A stretch of 63,527 nt of DNA, filler included, from Octopus bimaculoides (taxonomy: Eukaryota): assembly GCF_001194135.2 (NCBI RefSeq). It is 5 parts of 3 records of this genome, joined end to end, with 100 filler letters (N's around TTAATTAATTAA, not from the genome) between each part and the next. Parts side by side here need not be neighbours in the genome. Positions count along the whole stretch, not along the records: positions 36,694 to 44,660 come from NC_068981.1; positions 44,761 to 56,023 come from NC_068981.1; 3 more parts are not named here. The stretch is one strand, 5' to 3'. The notes under the pieces were generated by a model. That model had not been told where the DNA came from and ran no database searches. It saw only the letters and a list, made by a program, of their open reading frames with translations. A program made the position numbers and the translations under genes. Positions 38,391-52,077 of the stretch are shown here, one piece after another. How positions within the stretch are numbered: position 1 is the stretch's first letter; every line of letters starts with the position of its first letter.

Positions 38391-38628
38391 TCTCTTTCAC
38401 ATTGTTTTTGTTTCTTCGTGTATTCTCTTTATGGTCTAACTTCATCTTCACTTCTTTGACCTTTTGTGTTCTCATTTATTTGCTCCTTTCTACACGAATG
38501 CAACTGAGAATACAGTCAGTTATACTATGATGAATTATTTCTGAAATATATGAGGGAATATCGTTAAGAAATTCATCGCTAGCCACTAAAACTTTTTCTA
38601 TTTTCTCTCCCTGTTTATTTCTGTGTTC

Positions 38629-38664
38629 CTTTCTGTCGAAGAGCGTAGACTGGAAACGTAAAAG
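38629..38664 (+). ncRNA. Decayed minimal hammerhead-like motif in a pLTR-like repeat
   Basis: CTTT-CTGTCGA-A-GAGC-GTAG-ACTG-GAAA-CG-TA-AAAG; helix I CTTT/AAAG; A6 to T change, helix II damaged. Confidence 0.45.
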
Positions 38665-39418
38665 ACTTTCTCACTTCCCGAGCGTTAAACTAATACATCT
38701 GTTTGCTGTTTACACACTCGTCTTCGTCTTTTGTTTTTTGTAAATTCTCATTCCACAATTACATCGTTTAGAGTCATTCTTGCTCAGTGTCACCTTGAAT
38801 AACGGTTTTCTGTAACCTTTGGACCAAACGATGTTTTGTGAGTGAAATTAGTAGACAAAGACCGAGTTGTGTTCATTTACTAAACGTAGAAGGCTGCGAG
38901 CTGGCAAAATCGTTATCATGCTGACACAAATGCTTAGCGGCCTTATTTTCTGATTTCCAGCCAAATTCTGGGTGGGGGTCAATGTAATTTACTAACCCGC
39001 CCATGAAATTGCTGACCTTAAGCCCAAATTTGAAACCATTTAATATATTTATATTTTATTTTACTTCCGCATGTGTCTAGTATATGATACATGGACTATT
39101 GGAATATGTCGTTCATCAGATTTGTATAGTGTTCCATAACAGTCAACGTGACTTCATTCTCTTACACTCATTTTTCACCAGTCTCCAATCCTTTTATTAT
39201 TTATTTTCCACGTCTTTAACAAATAAGTAAGCTGATAACGAAACATACGTATATATGTTATAAAAGAATGTCTGAGGTAATTAGGATAGCATCTTATATT
39301 TTTCATATGTTATTTTCACAATTTTCACAATTGTTTAAGTATAGACGAGAATTGATGCATAGAAATATGAAATATATTTTAATTACTAGCTAAGATTGTT
39401 TTCTTATAAACAATGCGA

Positions 39419-39492
<74 letters not shown>

Positions 39493-39930
39493 GCAAACAC
39501 ATAAACATACGTATGCGCGCGCGCGCGTGTGTATCATATATGTATGTATGCGAACAGAAATGGAATATTTTGCAATCATACATATTCGATATAATTTATG
39601 TACTTCCGGCGTCTTCAGGGACAAAATAAATTCTGAATCACATGTCTGATGTTTCCTTCATAAAGATAAACGTTTGTGTCCATATTTCAAATGCAGGAAT
39701 GGAGGCTCCCTTCGTCATGATGGTAAGCTCTTTTTCTTAGACCGGCTTTATTTTTACTCCCGAATCACTATTCAAACAAATAACCCAATTAACATACGTG
39801 TATGAATTCATATATATAAATATAGAGTGAAGGATAAAGAGGCATAGGCAAAAGAGCTTATATTTTGTCGAACTAATGGATATGGCGTAAATATGTATGG
39901 ATATAAATAAAGACATATATATATATATAC

Positions 39931-40320
39931 CTATTGTTGTTGGCACTCCGTCGCTTACGACGTCGTGGGTTCCAGTTGATTCGATCAACTGAACAGCCTG
40001 CTTGTAAAATTAATGTGCAAGTGGCTGAGCACTCCACATACACGTGTACCCTTAACGTAGTTCTCGGGGATATTCAGCGTGACACAGTGTGACAAGGCTG
40101 ACCCTTTGAATTACAGGCACAACAGAAACAGGAAGTAAGAGTGAGAGAAAGTTGTGGTGAAGGAGTACAGCAGGGTTCGCCACCATCCCCTGCCGGAGCC
40201 TCGTGGAGCTTTAGGTGTTTTCGCTCAATAAACACTCACAACGCCCGGTCTGGGAATCGAAACCGCAATCCTATGACCGTGAGTCCGCTGCCCTAACCAC
40301 TGGGCCATTGCGTCTCCACA
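39931..40320 (-). mobile_element. SINE family C, full length
   Basis: Head GGAGACGCAATGGCCCAGTGGTTAGGGCAGCGGACTC...GGTTTCGATTCC with A and B boxes; about 390 bp. Confidence 0.9.
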
Positions 40321-41002
40321 TGTATACCTATATATACATACAAACTTACACACACACACACACACATATATATACGTACATACATATATAATATATATGT
40401 GTGTTTGTGTATGTGTGTATGTGTGCGCGAATATAATTAGACAGCACCGTTTAGCATGTTTGACAAGCACTTTAGACTGTAATAGTTTTAAGTTACAAGT
40501 TTTTTTTTGTGAAATTTGCAAAGAAATTGATTTAGCTCTTGTTTACGGTTACCATCAACAATTAGCTTTTTATCTATATAACACAGAAGACAGATGGGAG
40601 AATCCTTTAGAGAATACATTCAGGAGAATTTCTCTAGCGTTAAGCTTTGCAATAAATTAACCCAAAGCATGTAGAGCAAAGCAGTTGCCAAATAACATCG
40701 AAAATATCTTTAAGTGAAACGCTAGTAATTTCAGCTTTGGCTGTTAAGGTTTCACTTTTAAACAACGAGGTATCTAACCTTAAAATACTGCTCCCCCTCT
40801 CCTTTGCTATTTCTGTCATTACTAACGCCAAATAACAACCACTAGAGTGAATATGGAACTGTATTTTCGTTGTAATGATATTTATATTTTCGAGTTGTTA
40901 AATGAAGGTTTTTAAATGCAGAATTTAACAATACATGGATAGTAAAACTCTAACAAATGTTTTCTCGATTTTTGGCTATAGGAATCACATATAATATAAA
41001 TT

Positions 41003-41199
41003 GTTTTCTGTCTGTCTGTCTGTCTGTCTTTCTCTCTCTTTCTCTATCTATCTATCTATATATATATCTGTCTATCTACCTACTTACCTACCTACCTACC
41101 TACCTACCTACCTACCTACCTACCTAACTACCTGCCAGCCTGTCTGTCTGTCTGTCTGTCAGTCTGTCTGTCTGTCTGTCTGTCTGTCTACCTACCTAC

Positions 41200-41265
<66 letters not shown>

Positions 41266-41282
41266 GTCTGTCTGTCTGTCTG
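41003..41282. repeat. Compound (TCTG)/(TCTA)/(TACC) tetranucleotide array
   Basis: Direct reading. Confidence 0.95.
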
Positions 41283-41299
41283 TCCGAATTGCAGAACCA

Positions 41300-42040
41300 A
41301 CATATCTGAAGAAAGATCTGGAAGTGAAACACTCTGCATACCACAAGAAGGTTATGCATCAGTATGATTGTCTTAAACTTCGGGATGACAATAACATTAA
41401 CGTGAAGTGTAGCCTCTCATGGACTCAGGATTGTTACGTCGTTTCAGATGACGAAAGTCATATTTTCGCTATGCAAGTCCAGAAGATAGTAATAAAGATA
41501 ACAAATGAAATAAGAAATACTGAACTCCTTAAATTTTAAGATGCACCAGTAAAAGTCGATGAAATTATATTTCTCTGTCATCGTGGTTGCGGCGCGATAT
41601 TGTTGCTAAAACAATGTAGAGTGTTATCCATAGGAAAGATTACCCTGCGATAAATACAGTCAATACCCAAGCATGAGAGAACAAAGTTGATTCCAGTGAA
41701 AATTTCTGCCTAGTGTAAATTTAACATAGCTGTTAGAGTTATTTGGGACCGAAAAGAAAAATCATGTACATTCATTGAGGTCAGAATCAGAAATGAACAG
41801 TTCCAATAAGATTAGTGAGAGGGAGAATATTTATGGACAACTGCTTCGAAAACTGATGCTTCTGTATCCTGATTACAAATTCACGTCTATTCTAGTAATT
41901 TTTGGTGTACTTCTCTATGTTAGATAATGTTTAAGTAACAATCTGGAATGACTAGGATTGTTAGACAAAGAAAGTGACTAGCAACTTTTCAAATTCAGTC
42001 AGTAAGCGGAACTGTAAAAAAATGAGCAACTCTATTATAA
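41300..42040 (+). pseudogene. R4/Dong-like LINE 3' fragment with restriction-like endonuclease region
   Basis: KKVMH...SLSWTQD...HIFAMQ...RDIVAKTM*SVIHRKDYP...VIWDRKEKSCTFIEV...KISERENIYGQLLRKLMLLYPDYKF..I.VIFG. Confidence 0.8.
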
Positions 42041-43254
42041 AGTTCGACTTGTAACACTTATTGTTATTATGAACATTCCAGCAATGCAGCTTTGTTAGAA
42101 CTCCACTCGTTGTTGGAAGAATTCAAATAATTAAAAAGAGTAGCATATATACATACATATACACATGATTATATCGAGCCCAACTAGATTTGAACGCAGA
42201 ATGTAAAGGAGGTAACAATGAAAATGAGATATTTGTGCAGGCCAATACAGACTGTCACCAATTGCCCATAGTTGGCAGGTTCTTTAAAGCGTGAAACCAA
42301 ATTCCTTGCAATATCTCATTGAGACACTTTTTGATCTTATCCTTCCTACATCGGTGAGCTACAAGTTAAGTTCCGGGGGCAATTTAATCGACTAACCATT
42401 AGCACCAGGATATCTAGTCATATTCTTTTGTTAGAAATAATCGTGCTTATAATATTAGTTCTTACCACATGAACAAAGCGGCAGATTTAAGAGCAGGATT
42501 TAGTCGATTCATCTCGGAGTGATACACGTATTTTATCGACCTCAAAATGAACGTTGATCTCAGTGGCATTTGAATTCAGCATCCAAAGTTAAATTACAAA
42601 GCAATAAGTTTTGCGTTCTACAGATTCTAACAAGTCACCGTCTTTGTTCAATCTATAATATAATAATAATATTTATAATAACAATGTTCATATTGTGATG
42701 ACTTGCATGTTCATTCTTAATGTGTTCCGGCTGATTCGAACATGAATGTGCTAATTGCTATTGTGTTTCGTCACAGGAGAATAATTTATCCTTTCGGTCG
42801 AATGAGTGTTCATAACGTAATCGATTCATCAGCGTAAGGAGACTTTGAGATACACGGTGTTTTGACATCGATGTATCTCGTCAGGAAAAGACACTCTGGG
42901 CTATTGAATCTAACAAGAGATTTCTGTTCTTGGTTATAACGTCAGCAGAGAAATTATTTGCCGATGCATGCAGACATCTGCCAGCCACAGAAACATATTT
43001 GGTTCCTGAAGTTATAAACAAGCGCTACAATTACCTGTTAGGTTCAATGGAATGCGTTTGACCGACAATTTTGAAATACTGGGAGTTGGAAAGTTCTATT
43101 CCGCTAATGAATCAAATGTATTATAAACACGATCCGTTTGAAGGGAGACGTTGTTCTCTAGTGGCGTACCTATTAGAAAAGTATATGCAAGTTATCGTTT
43201 TGATTCTCGCTTTTCACCGAGAGCATAACGATTTATAATCGATGTTCATATTAA

Positions 43255-43465
43255 GGCAATGAGCTTGCAGAATTATCACATTTCTTAACGGCATTTCTTT
43301 CGGGCTTTTGCATTGTTTGTTCAGATAATGCCGAGATCAAATTTACCTACTATCCTTTCGGGAGCGATAAAATAAAGTACCAATCAATTATTTGGTCGAT
43401 TTAATTAATTGACCCCATCTCCACAAAATGTTAGGCGTTGTGCCTGTAGTAGTAAGAATTATTTA
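43255..43465 (+). mobile_element. SINE family B, old copy
   Basis: ATCCTTTCGGGAGCGATAAAATAAAGTACC core. Confidence 0.65.
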
Positions 43466-43614
43466 TATGGAACCAAAGCACAGTAGTAATTAGTCTTTGG
43501 TTGACATCTGACTCCAATACAACGGAACAGCTTTGTGTGCTGCAGAGAATACTTTATTGCATTTGAATGCATAGGGTTCTCTGAATTTATTTTAAAAGCA
43601 ATATGTGACAGAAC

Positions 43615-43800
43615 GACAGGCTGCCTTAGGTATACTTAGTTACATCCCTTTACGTTCTGAGTTCAAATCCTAACGGCGAAGATTTAGGGCTGTCACATAC
43701 GGAGATTGACAAAATAAAAGTAGCAGTAAAAATGTAGGCATTGATTTAATTAACTATACCCTTTACCAAAATGTGTAGGGTTTGTGACAAAGCTAGACAT
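43615..43800 (+). mobile_element. SINE family B, old copy
   Basis: TTTACGTTCTGAGTTCAAATCC. Confidence 0.55.
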
Positions 43801-44610
43801 ATTCTTTTACAGTTTCTTTGATAAAATTATGTAATCTTACACATCCCATTCTTTGCTGTCCCGAGAGAAGTAAGTCATACAACACCATAAAATAAAACAA
43901 TCTTCACGCATATTTATTTACAATACTTTTATTATCAGTCACTTTAATGTGTTTTTTTTTTTAGAGAGAGAGAGGGGAAAGAAGTCAGAGATTACCGTGA
44001 AGAGTGAGAAATAAAATAAGAAAAGAGCAAGAAGAAAAGTAACAAATATTTGGAGGAAAACAGCGGGGGTTGATACGGAAAGATTGGGTGGTATGAATTC
44101 TAATTCAATAAAAAAATCCCGCCCACGGCGGTGACTCCATTTGTATATTCAGCCTATTTACAAATATTTTTATTTCTCATACATAGAAATGTAATAATCT
44201 AATAACAGTTTAATCTTTTTAATTCGATAAATTAATTGTTGAATTGTTTGACTTAAGAATCATGCAATAAAAATCAATATACTATTAAAATTATCACAAC
44301 GAAATTAGTTGGCAGAGGTTATCCCCCACTGTTATTTCTATAAATAAGAAAACAATGACGAAATTTAAGCTGGTCTGAAAAAAAAATCGAATTGTAGTCT
44401 GTAAAAAAAAATGCAAAGGGCATTATAACAAAACAAAATATTCGATGACATCACAGAAGTATAGACTTCTATTCGAGATGGGAATAACGGGTGTGAAGAA
44501 GTTGTACTTTAAACCAAACACTCGACTGCCTAGCAATATATATGGGATTACGAGTCTCAAATGGTTTTCGCATTACATTTATTTATTCGCACATTCACAT
44601 TTGCACGCTT

Positions 44611-44660
<50 letters not shown>

Positions 44661-44914
44661 NNNNNNNNNNNNNNNNNNNNNNNNNNNNNNNNNNNNNNNN
44701 NNNNTTAATTAATTAANNNNNNNNNNNNNNNNNNNNNNNNNNNNNNNNNNNNNNNNNNNNGGTGTATTTTGGCAGCTCTTAACGCCTAGGGTTAAACTCA
44801 ATTTTGTAAGAAAAAACGTTGAAACAGTAAAAGCGTATACAACAAATTAAAAGGGTGGCTTATTAACAATTAGAACTTAAAGGCAAAATTAATAGAGGTC
44901 ACAAATACACACAC

Positions 44915-44963
<49 letters not shown>

Positions 44964-45213
44964 GAATTAAGTATATGTTCACGCATTCAGAAAGCTCCGT
45001 ATGCAAACCATTATTCATATGGATATTTATGCATACATAGAGATCTATACGCATGCACACATAGACTCATATACATGGGCAAACTTTTGCGGAACTGCTT
45101 ACACACATTTACTCACACACACACACACGCACACGCACACAACCACACATACACGCAAAAATGCTCACATACGCCTTTATTCACTCACATTCATTCATCA
45201 TGGAAATGTACGC

Positions 45214-45264
<51 letters not shown>

Positions 45265-45297
45265 NNNNNNNNNNCATATATATAGATACATACATGC

Positions 45298-45338
<41 letters not shown>

Positions 45339-45503
45339 TACACGATGTGTTGTTCGAAAGTTCCTGGATATAAGGGTGTCGTGAAGGGCCTGGTTGGAGG
45401 TGCAAGCTTCTGCGTCCTTTCACAGTGTTTAGAGAAACAGAAAGACGTTGCAATATATATGTATAAATCTGAGAGTGAAATATGTTGAATATAAAAGCAT
45501 AAT
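45339..45503. mobile_element. Mariner-like MITE, same family as 1178-1392, partial
   Basis: AAAGTTCCTGG...GGCCTGGTTGGAGG...AATCTGAGAG. Confidence 0.6.
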
Positions 45504-46119
45504 TAGGTGATCGACATTGGTTGAGGTGGAAAAAGGGGGCCAGTATGCAGGGCGGCTGCTAGTCTTCCATAAACAAATGTGCCCAGACTTGTGTTAAGTG
45601 AAGACATTATATGGGCAATTCCATGGTCATTCACGACCGAAGAGAGGTTTTTACCCTTCATATTTATACAGAGCAAGTCTTTGCAGGGAAGCCTGTTAAT
45701 GTACATTATATACTCTTACTGAGGTTTGTGAGGTTTATTTGAATGTTAACCCAAGACAACCTCGTTCCAGCAGTCGTATAAGCAATTTATTCCAGCCGTG
45801 ACTATCTCGTCTGTTTCTTGTATGTATGAAATCAATGAGCACATTATTAAGCGTGCCAGTTTTAAAGATATGCGAGATGTGCCTAAACATAGATCAGGCT
45901 GCTATTTTTAATTGTTTGATTGACCACACAAACGCTTCATCATTGGCTTGCACAAACCGCTCAAGTTATTTGTACTGACATTATTATTGTTGTTTATGTT
46001 GCTGTTGGTGGTGTTATATTTGATGTACCATAGGTTGACTTAACTGTCCCAACTCAGAAAGAGGAGGTGTCATCTTACTCTGTATAAGTTTGCTCTGTTA
46101 ATATATAAATATCTAACAC

Positions 46120-46315
46120 AGCGAGCAGACGGAATCATTAGCACGCTGCGCAAAATGCTAAGCGGCACTTCGTCCTTCACGTTCAAATTCCACCGAGGTC
46201 GACTTTACCTTTCATTTTTTCGGAGTCGATAAAATAAGTACTAGATGAGGATTGCAGTTGATGTAATTGACTTACCCCTGCCCTGAAATAACTGGCCTTG
46301 TACCAAACATACACG
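46120..46315 (+). mobile_element. SINE family B
   Basis: GTTCAAATTCCACCGAGGTCGACTTTACCTTTCAT. Confidence 0.8.
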
Positions 46316-46339
46316 AGAAAGTGATGTTGAAATATTGCT

Positions 46340-46532
46340 GTCTTTAAGTGTTTCGCGAAAGGCCTGGCTGGAGGCACAACTTTCTAACTTCTTTTACAAG
46401 GCTTAGAAAAACTGAAAGACCGTTGCAATAAGCGTGCGAATCTGAGAGGGGAATATGTCGAATTAAATCTTAACTAACCCTTCTGTGTTTTCTTTTACCC
46501 AAAACCAGGAACATTTTATCACCCCCTCGTAT
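46340..46532. mobile_element. Mariner-like MITE, same family as 1178-1392
   Basis: Ends ACCCCCTCGTA (TACGAGGGG on the minus strand); internal AATCTGAGAGGGGAATATG shared. Confidence 0.7.
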
Positions 46533-47029
46533 ATAGTATATATGGATGCTTCTCCATCGGTTTTGACCATGAGAAATCATTTCGATTACGTGAGTTTCTC
46601 GTACATTAAATTAGCATGTAAGTTGTTGCGCATGCTACAGACACTACTATACTGATCATAATTCTCAAGCAAAATGAACAAGGCTATGACTAAATGATAA
46701 ATACACCCCATCCGCTGGACTTCTAAGTAATTTCTCTTACAAGTTATGGGTCGACATAGCTTTAGAAAATGACATCTGTACATGATGCTACACTATGGGA
46801 TTGGACCCCGGATCTGGTGGTGCAGTGTGAGCCTCTTAACTATTCTGTTATATTCCGCTTATACGCTTAAATAATTTTAATGTGAAATGTGATTTCTTGG
46901 ATAACCATGATATTACTTATTCTCTGTGAAAAATAAATAATCATTTTACATTATATTTCAAACTACTGCCCTGCAAAAAGAAAAAAAAAATTATTTAAAA
47001 AAATCATTTAATTAATTATAAACACAAAG

Positions 47030-47215
47030 CACTGCGTTGGAAGGATCGGTAGCATGTTGGACAGGATGCATAGTGGTATTTCTTCCGGCTCTTTACGTTC
47101 TGAGTTCAAAAACCGCCGACGCCAACTTTGCTTTTCATTCTTTGGTGGGTCGATAAAATATAGTAATAGACAAGTATTGGGTTTCTTGTAATCGATTAGC
47201 TCAGCTGTCCACACC
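47030..47215 (+). mobile_element. SINE family B, old copy
   Basis: CTTTACGTTCTGAGTTCAAA...ACTTTGCTTTTCATTCTTT. Confidence 0.7.
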
Positions 47216-50200
47216 CTCATCGAAAAAATGCTATTCCGAAAATTAGAGTCAATTATAAAATACGTGCTTTCAGACATTTACATATATTTTCGCGTGTGGA
47301 TGTAAGGATGAGAGAAAGAGAGTGAAAGGAGAGAGAGAAAATGACAGAGAGGGACCGGAGATGTAGACAGAGGATGTGTAAGTACTGTATAGATATTTAT
47401 TGTGCGTCTCTGTGTCTGTGTGTAAGGTCTTTGACTACGAAATAGTATTTAGACAGGAGAAATGAATGAAAGTAATGTTTGAGTATTTGATGAGATTGTG
47501 TGAAGGACAGACGGGGAGTGAGTAAAAGAGAGGATAGAATATAGGCAATAAAACAACAATGACCACTGCTGCTGTTGCTACTACTACTACTACTACTACT
47601 ACTATTTCAAGAATTAGTGACTGAGCAGGCGGGTAAATAATAATACAAAAGTAGAGATAAAGAGAATATATCGAGAAAGAGAGATAGAGGCGTACGAGGA
47701 GTTAAGGATGGAAACAGCCATAGATAGATAGAGAGAGAGTGTGTGAGAGAGGAAGGTAAGGAGAAAGAAAGAGAAGATTGACAACACTCATGCTACTTTA
47801 GAGGTGGGAGGGAAAGAGCGCGCGAGACGGAAGCGGGGAAAACTATATTCTATAAGCAATACATTAACCAACAGGTTAGGTAATAAGTTATGTAATACAT
47901 TTATTAATAGCTAATGTTTTTATATTAAGTAACAATTTTGAGTAATGCATTAAATACATTACGGTAATCGATACATTAACAAATACTTATATAATCCGTT
48001 AAGTCATGTTAAGCTACTTGTTATGTAATAGATCAAGAAATATATTAAGTTATACTTATGTAATGCGATAATATGGAATATAATATACTAAATAATACGT
48101 TAAATTAACTGGTATTTAATACGTTAAGCTCCACACTTAATAATATGTTATTTATTACTTATGCAGTGGATTAAAATATGTGAAAGAACTCATTAACCAA
48201 TACTAATGAACTTCTTTTTAAATAATAGTTTCTTATCATAGATTCACATAATCACATATATGAACACACACACACACACACACACACACAGATGAACATG
48301 TATAATAATACAATCTTAAACACACGTGCATCTTTAGTAAGGATATACAGAAGAAATTTTTTTCCATTAGGCGAAGCTCACACACGCACATAGATGTCTA
48401 TGGTGTACAAACGACTCAATTAAAACCACAGTAAACGGCTAGTACTTATTATTATATCAACTAACACCCTCTTGTCAAGGAGCAGAAAACAAGGGCGGAA
48501 TATGAACTAGAATAATACAAAGGATGATAGGATGTTTTTTTTTTTTTTTCAAGTTGAGCAAACTAGCAGAACGAGACGGTTGGATAAAACAGTCGAGAAC
48601 TGTAATGATGGTTGTTCTGATAGTGGAGGTGCCTGTGTATTCTACTCCAACGACCCCCCCCCCCCAGAAACAGTGGGCGGAAAAGATGGGTGGTTGGACG
48701 GAGGTTAATATATTTAAGAGTATATTTTTCATGGACCCAAAATTTACCTCGAAACGAAGGAAAGCATATTTAACTTTGACTCTTGTTTTACGGATTTATT
48801 TTTGCTTTTTATTCTGGAAGGAAGGCAATGACCATGACCCTGTACAAATTCTTCGAGAACGCTAGGGAGAAAGATATTCTTAAACTGGAAATCCTGTTCT
48901 AATGCGTGCAATAAAGTTGACTCCATCGAAGTTATCCAAGATGCCAGGTGGTGGCGTTAAAAGTGACAACCTATCAAGTCTACCACTTGAATAAACCATG
49001 GTGAGATTTGCACTGAAAGTACAAAAGGCTGGAATAGATGCTTCAATAATAAAAGAAAAGCAATGGTAAAATAAAAGAACGTGGCAGACTTTTATGACAT
49101 TTGTTTTGCTTATGGCTCCTCCTAGCGATAATGTTTAACTTTAGGGAAAGCATGAGTAGAGAGCAAGCTGTGATGGTTTTTACTTCTACAGAGAAGAACA
49201 TGATGTCTTGAATGAAATACGAAAGGGACGAGAAATGATTGAATGAGAAGTAAAGGGTATGTTGACTATGCCTGACTGGGAAGTGTAAGGATATCGCTAG
49301 TCTAGAGGAGGACATGCTAGTTTTGTAGCTCGAACATGTGTGTATTAAATGTAGTGTGCTTAAATGTATAAATCATTAAGTGGAGAGGCTTCAACTCGGG
49401 AGTTCAGGAGTTTTACAGCGTGAAAATAACCCTTACTCACAACTACTGCCAGTTCTCAGTTAGCTCGGTTTCATAGTATCTGTCAAAGACCCTAGTTATA
49501 GATAAAAAGGCAGAATATGGTTTTGTGTCTAAGATATAGACGACAACGAAGACAGCTGGCTCGCAAACATACTTTGTACAAGATTGCTGGGTTTTTGACA
49601 AGATCTGATGCCAGGTAAACCAGTTTTTCTGCTTAAGAATTATATAGGAACAGTACCTTATGTCCAAGCTCGAAAGAACAGGAGACAGCTAGAGTGTAAT
49701 AGATAAATCGACACAAAGCAACAAAAATCACGAGTCAACAGGTTTTGGGCAAAGATATCCATAATTGTGACACACGCAAAAGCAGACATGGACTAAGAAG
49801 ACATGGACTAAGAAGAGAGAAGAATGATATTTAAACGGCCGTTTTTGTTATGTATCTAAACAGCAATGTCCTATAGATTAGTGATTCACAGTAAATATGA
49901 AACATGATATGTTTATATATTCGAACTGGAAACGCCGAATATTTTCTTCAGAAGAATGAGTGCAAAAGGACTGGTCTCATCTTGTAATATGAATATGTAT
50001 AAGTAACATCCAATATAAATGAATTACTGTCATCTATAATTAATTCCATTAATTGCTTGTCCGTCGTTTCTCTCCTTCCCTCTTTCTCTCTCTCTCCCTC
50101 TCTCTCTCTACACACACACTCACATACACACACACACACACACACGTATATATATTTTCACATGTTTTCAATCAAGCAGGAGTCTAGTTGTTTTGCGAGA

Positions 50201-51255
50201 GTTGTCATGTAAGTGATTGAGTTAGACTCCACTCATATTTTACTGGATCCAATAAACAATTTAGACGGTCACATTGTAGTCAGTTTAATCAAAGAAGAAG
50301 TTCGACATAGCCACTTGATCTGTTAGCTATAAAAACCATTGCTATAATTCGATACCACCAGAAAATGGAATAGGACACATTGGGTAGAAAAAAACTCCAA
50401 AAGGCAAAGTGGTCACGAAGGGAATACCTTGAGCATTGGTTTACACGATTATGTCTTTTGCGGCTAAACGACTATAAAAATAGCCATGTAGAGTTGTACT
50501 CTGAAGCGAAGTGAGGTATTATATTTAATTGGTTCGGTTATCCTCCTTCTCGATTTTGGACTGCTTTCCACTTAGTGATATTTTAGAGAATATAGACATT
50601 TGTGGAAGAAACAGATATTCACACATTTACACGTTCACACGCACTTGCAATATCGTACACGGATATATATTTTCAGTATCTGTCTGTCTGTTTGTCTCAT
50701 TTTTATTTTTTACGTAAAAATATACACAAACATATGCATGCATGCGCACATATATACCTGTACTTAAAGGTGTGTGTAGACTTTCAACCTAATTTTTTTC
50801 TTTGATACAAGCAATCTTTCATTCACTCTCTCTCTCTCTCTCTCACTCACACACACACACTGTGTGTGCGTGTGTATGTGTGTGTATGTGTGTGTGTGTG
50901 TGCTTGTGTGTATATTTTTTATAACAGAATAACTTGTTGACACAGCTCTACGTTACTACAAATTTCGCGGCTGCAAATTGTGATGTTCGGACTCTGATTC
51001 TCAGATTCTGCACTCTTGTCTTTTAGATGTGCCTTGACGAGTTCAGTCGATGGAAACGACCTTTACTAATTATGCTTCAAAATCCCCAACTTATTCCAGC
51101 TATTTTTTTCTGTATATTATCTGGACGTAAACACACGAACACCGGTTGACAGGTGGTGTGCAGCAAACGCAAACACGCACAGTCACTTGCATATAAGTCT
51201 TTTTCATAAAACCACATGTGCATTCACACACACGTACACACACACACATATATGA

Positions 51256-51392
51256 AGGCACGTGGAATAGTGGTTAGCATATGAGGCTCACGATCGTAAA
51301 GTCGTGGGTTTGCATACCTGCGAAGTGCTTAGCCAGTTGCATGTTAATAGCCACTTGCATGTTAATTTTGGGACCGGTCAACTTAGTTACCG
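51256..51392 (+). mobile_element. SINE family C, internally deleted
   Basis: tRNA-like head joined directly to AGCCACTTGCATGTTAATTT, the tail motif of 39931-40320. Confidence 0.6.
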
Positions 51393-51986
51393 NNNNNNNN
51401 NNNNNNNNNNNNNNNNNNNNNNNNNNNNNNNNNNNNNNNNNNNNNNNNNNNNNNNNNNNNNNNNNNNNNNNNNNNNNNNNNNNNNNNNNNNNNNNNNNNN
51501 NNNNNNNNNNNNNNNNNNNNNNNNNNNNNNNNNNNNNNNNNNNNNNNNNNNNNNNNNNNNNNNNNNNNNNNCCCTTGTTCAAAGTACCATGCAGTGAGAC
51601 TGAACTTGAAACCACATGATTGCAAAGCGAAATTTATTTCCACATAGTTAAGCCCTCGCCTATTTTCATTCGATTTGTCTATTCCGTAAACACTTATTTA
51701 GTCTTTCTCCATTGCGCCGACTGACCATTACTTTCTCCTCCCTCCCTCCCTCCCTCCATCTCTGTCTCTGTCTCTGTTTCTCCCCCTCTCTCTCTTTCAA
51801 TCCATCTTCCAGACACACGCCGATACAGGAACACACTACTATGTCTCTCCCTCATAAATCCATTCCTTCACACTCTCTCATTCCCTCTCATATTCTTGTC
51901 TTTCACGCAGATATATCCTCTCTCTGACATACGCACACACTAGTAATTTCTCTCTCTTTCATACACTAACATACACACACACACAC

Positions 51987-52077
<91 letters not shown>

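Noticed and set aside
39931-40320. tRNA-like heads with A and B boxes (also in families A and B)
   Set aside because: They continue into SINE bodies and lack a complete cloverleaf, so they are not tRNA genes.
42770-42890. Two minus-strand CUGANGA words and an 8-bp hairpin (42847-42879)
   Set aside because: GAAA, helix I and the cleavage triplet cannot be placed correctly for a hammerhead.
51030-51062. TTGACGA...GAAACG hammerhead-like spacing (similar case at 54140-54185, minus strand)
   Set aside because: Core mutated and helices unpaired; indistinguishable from chance.
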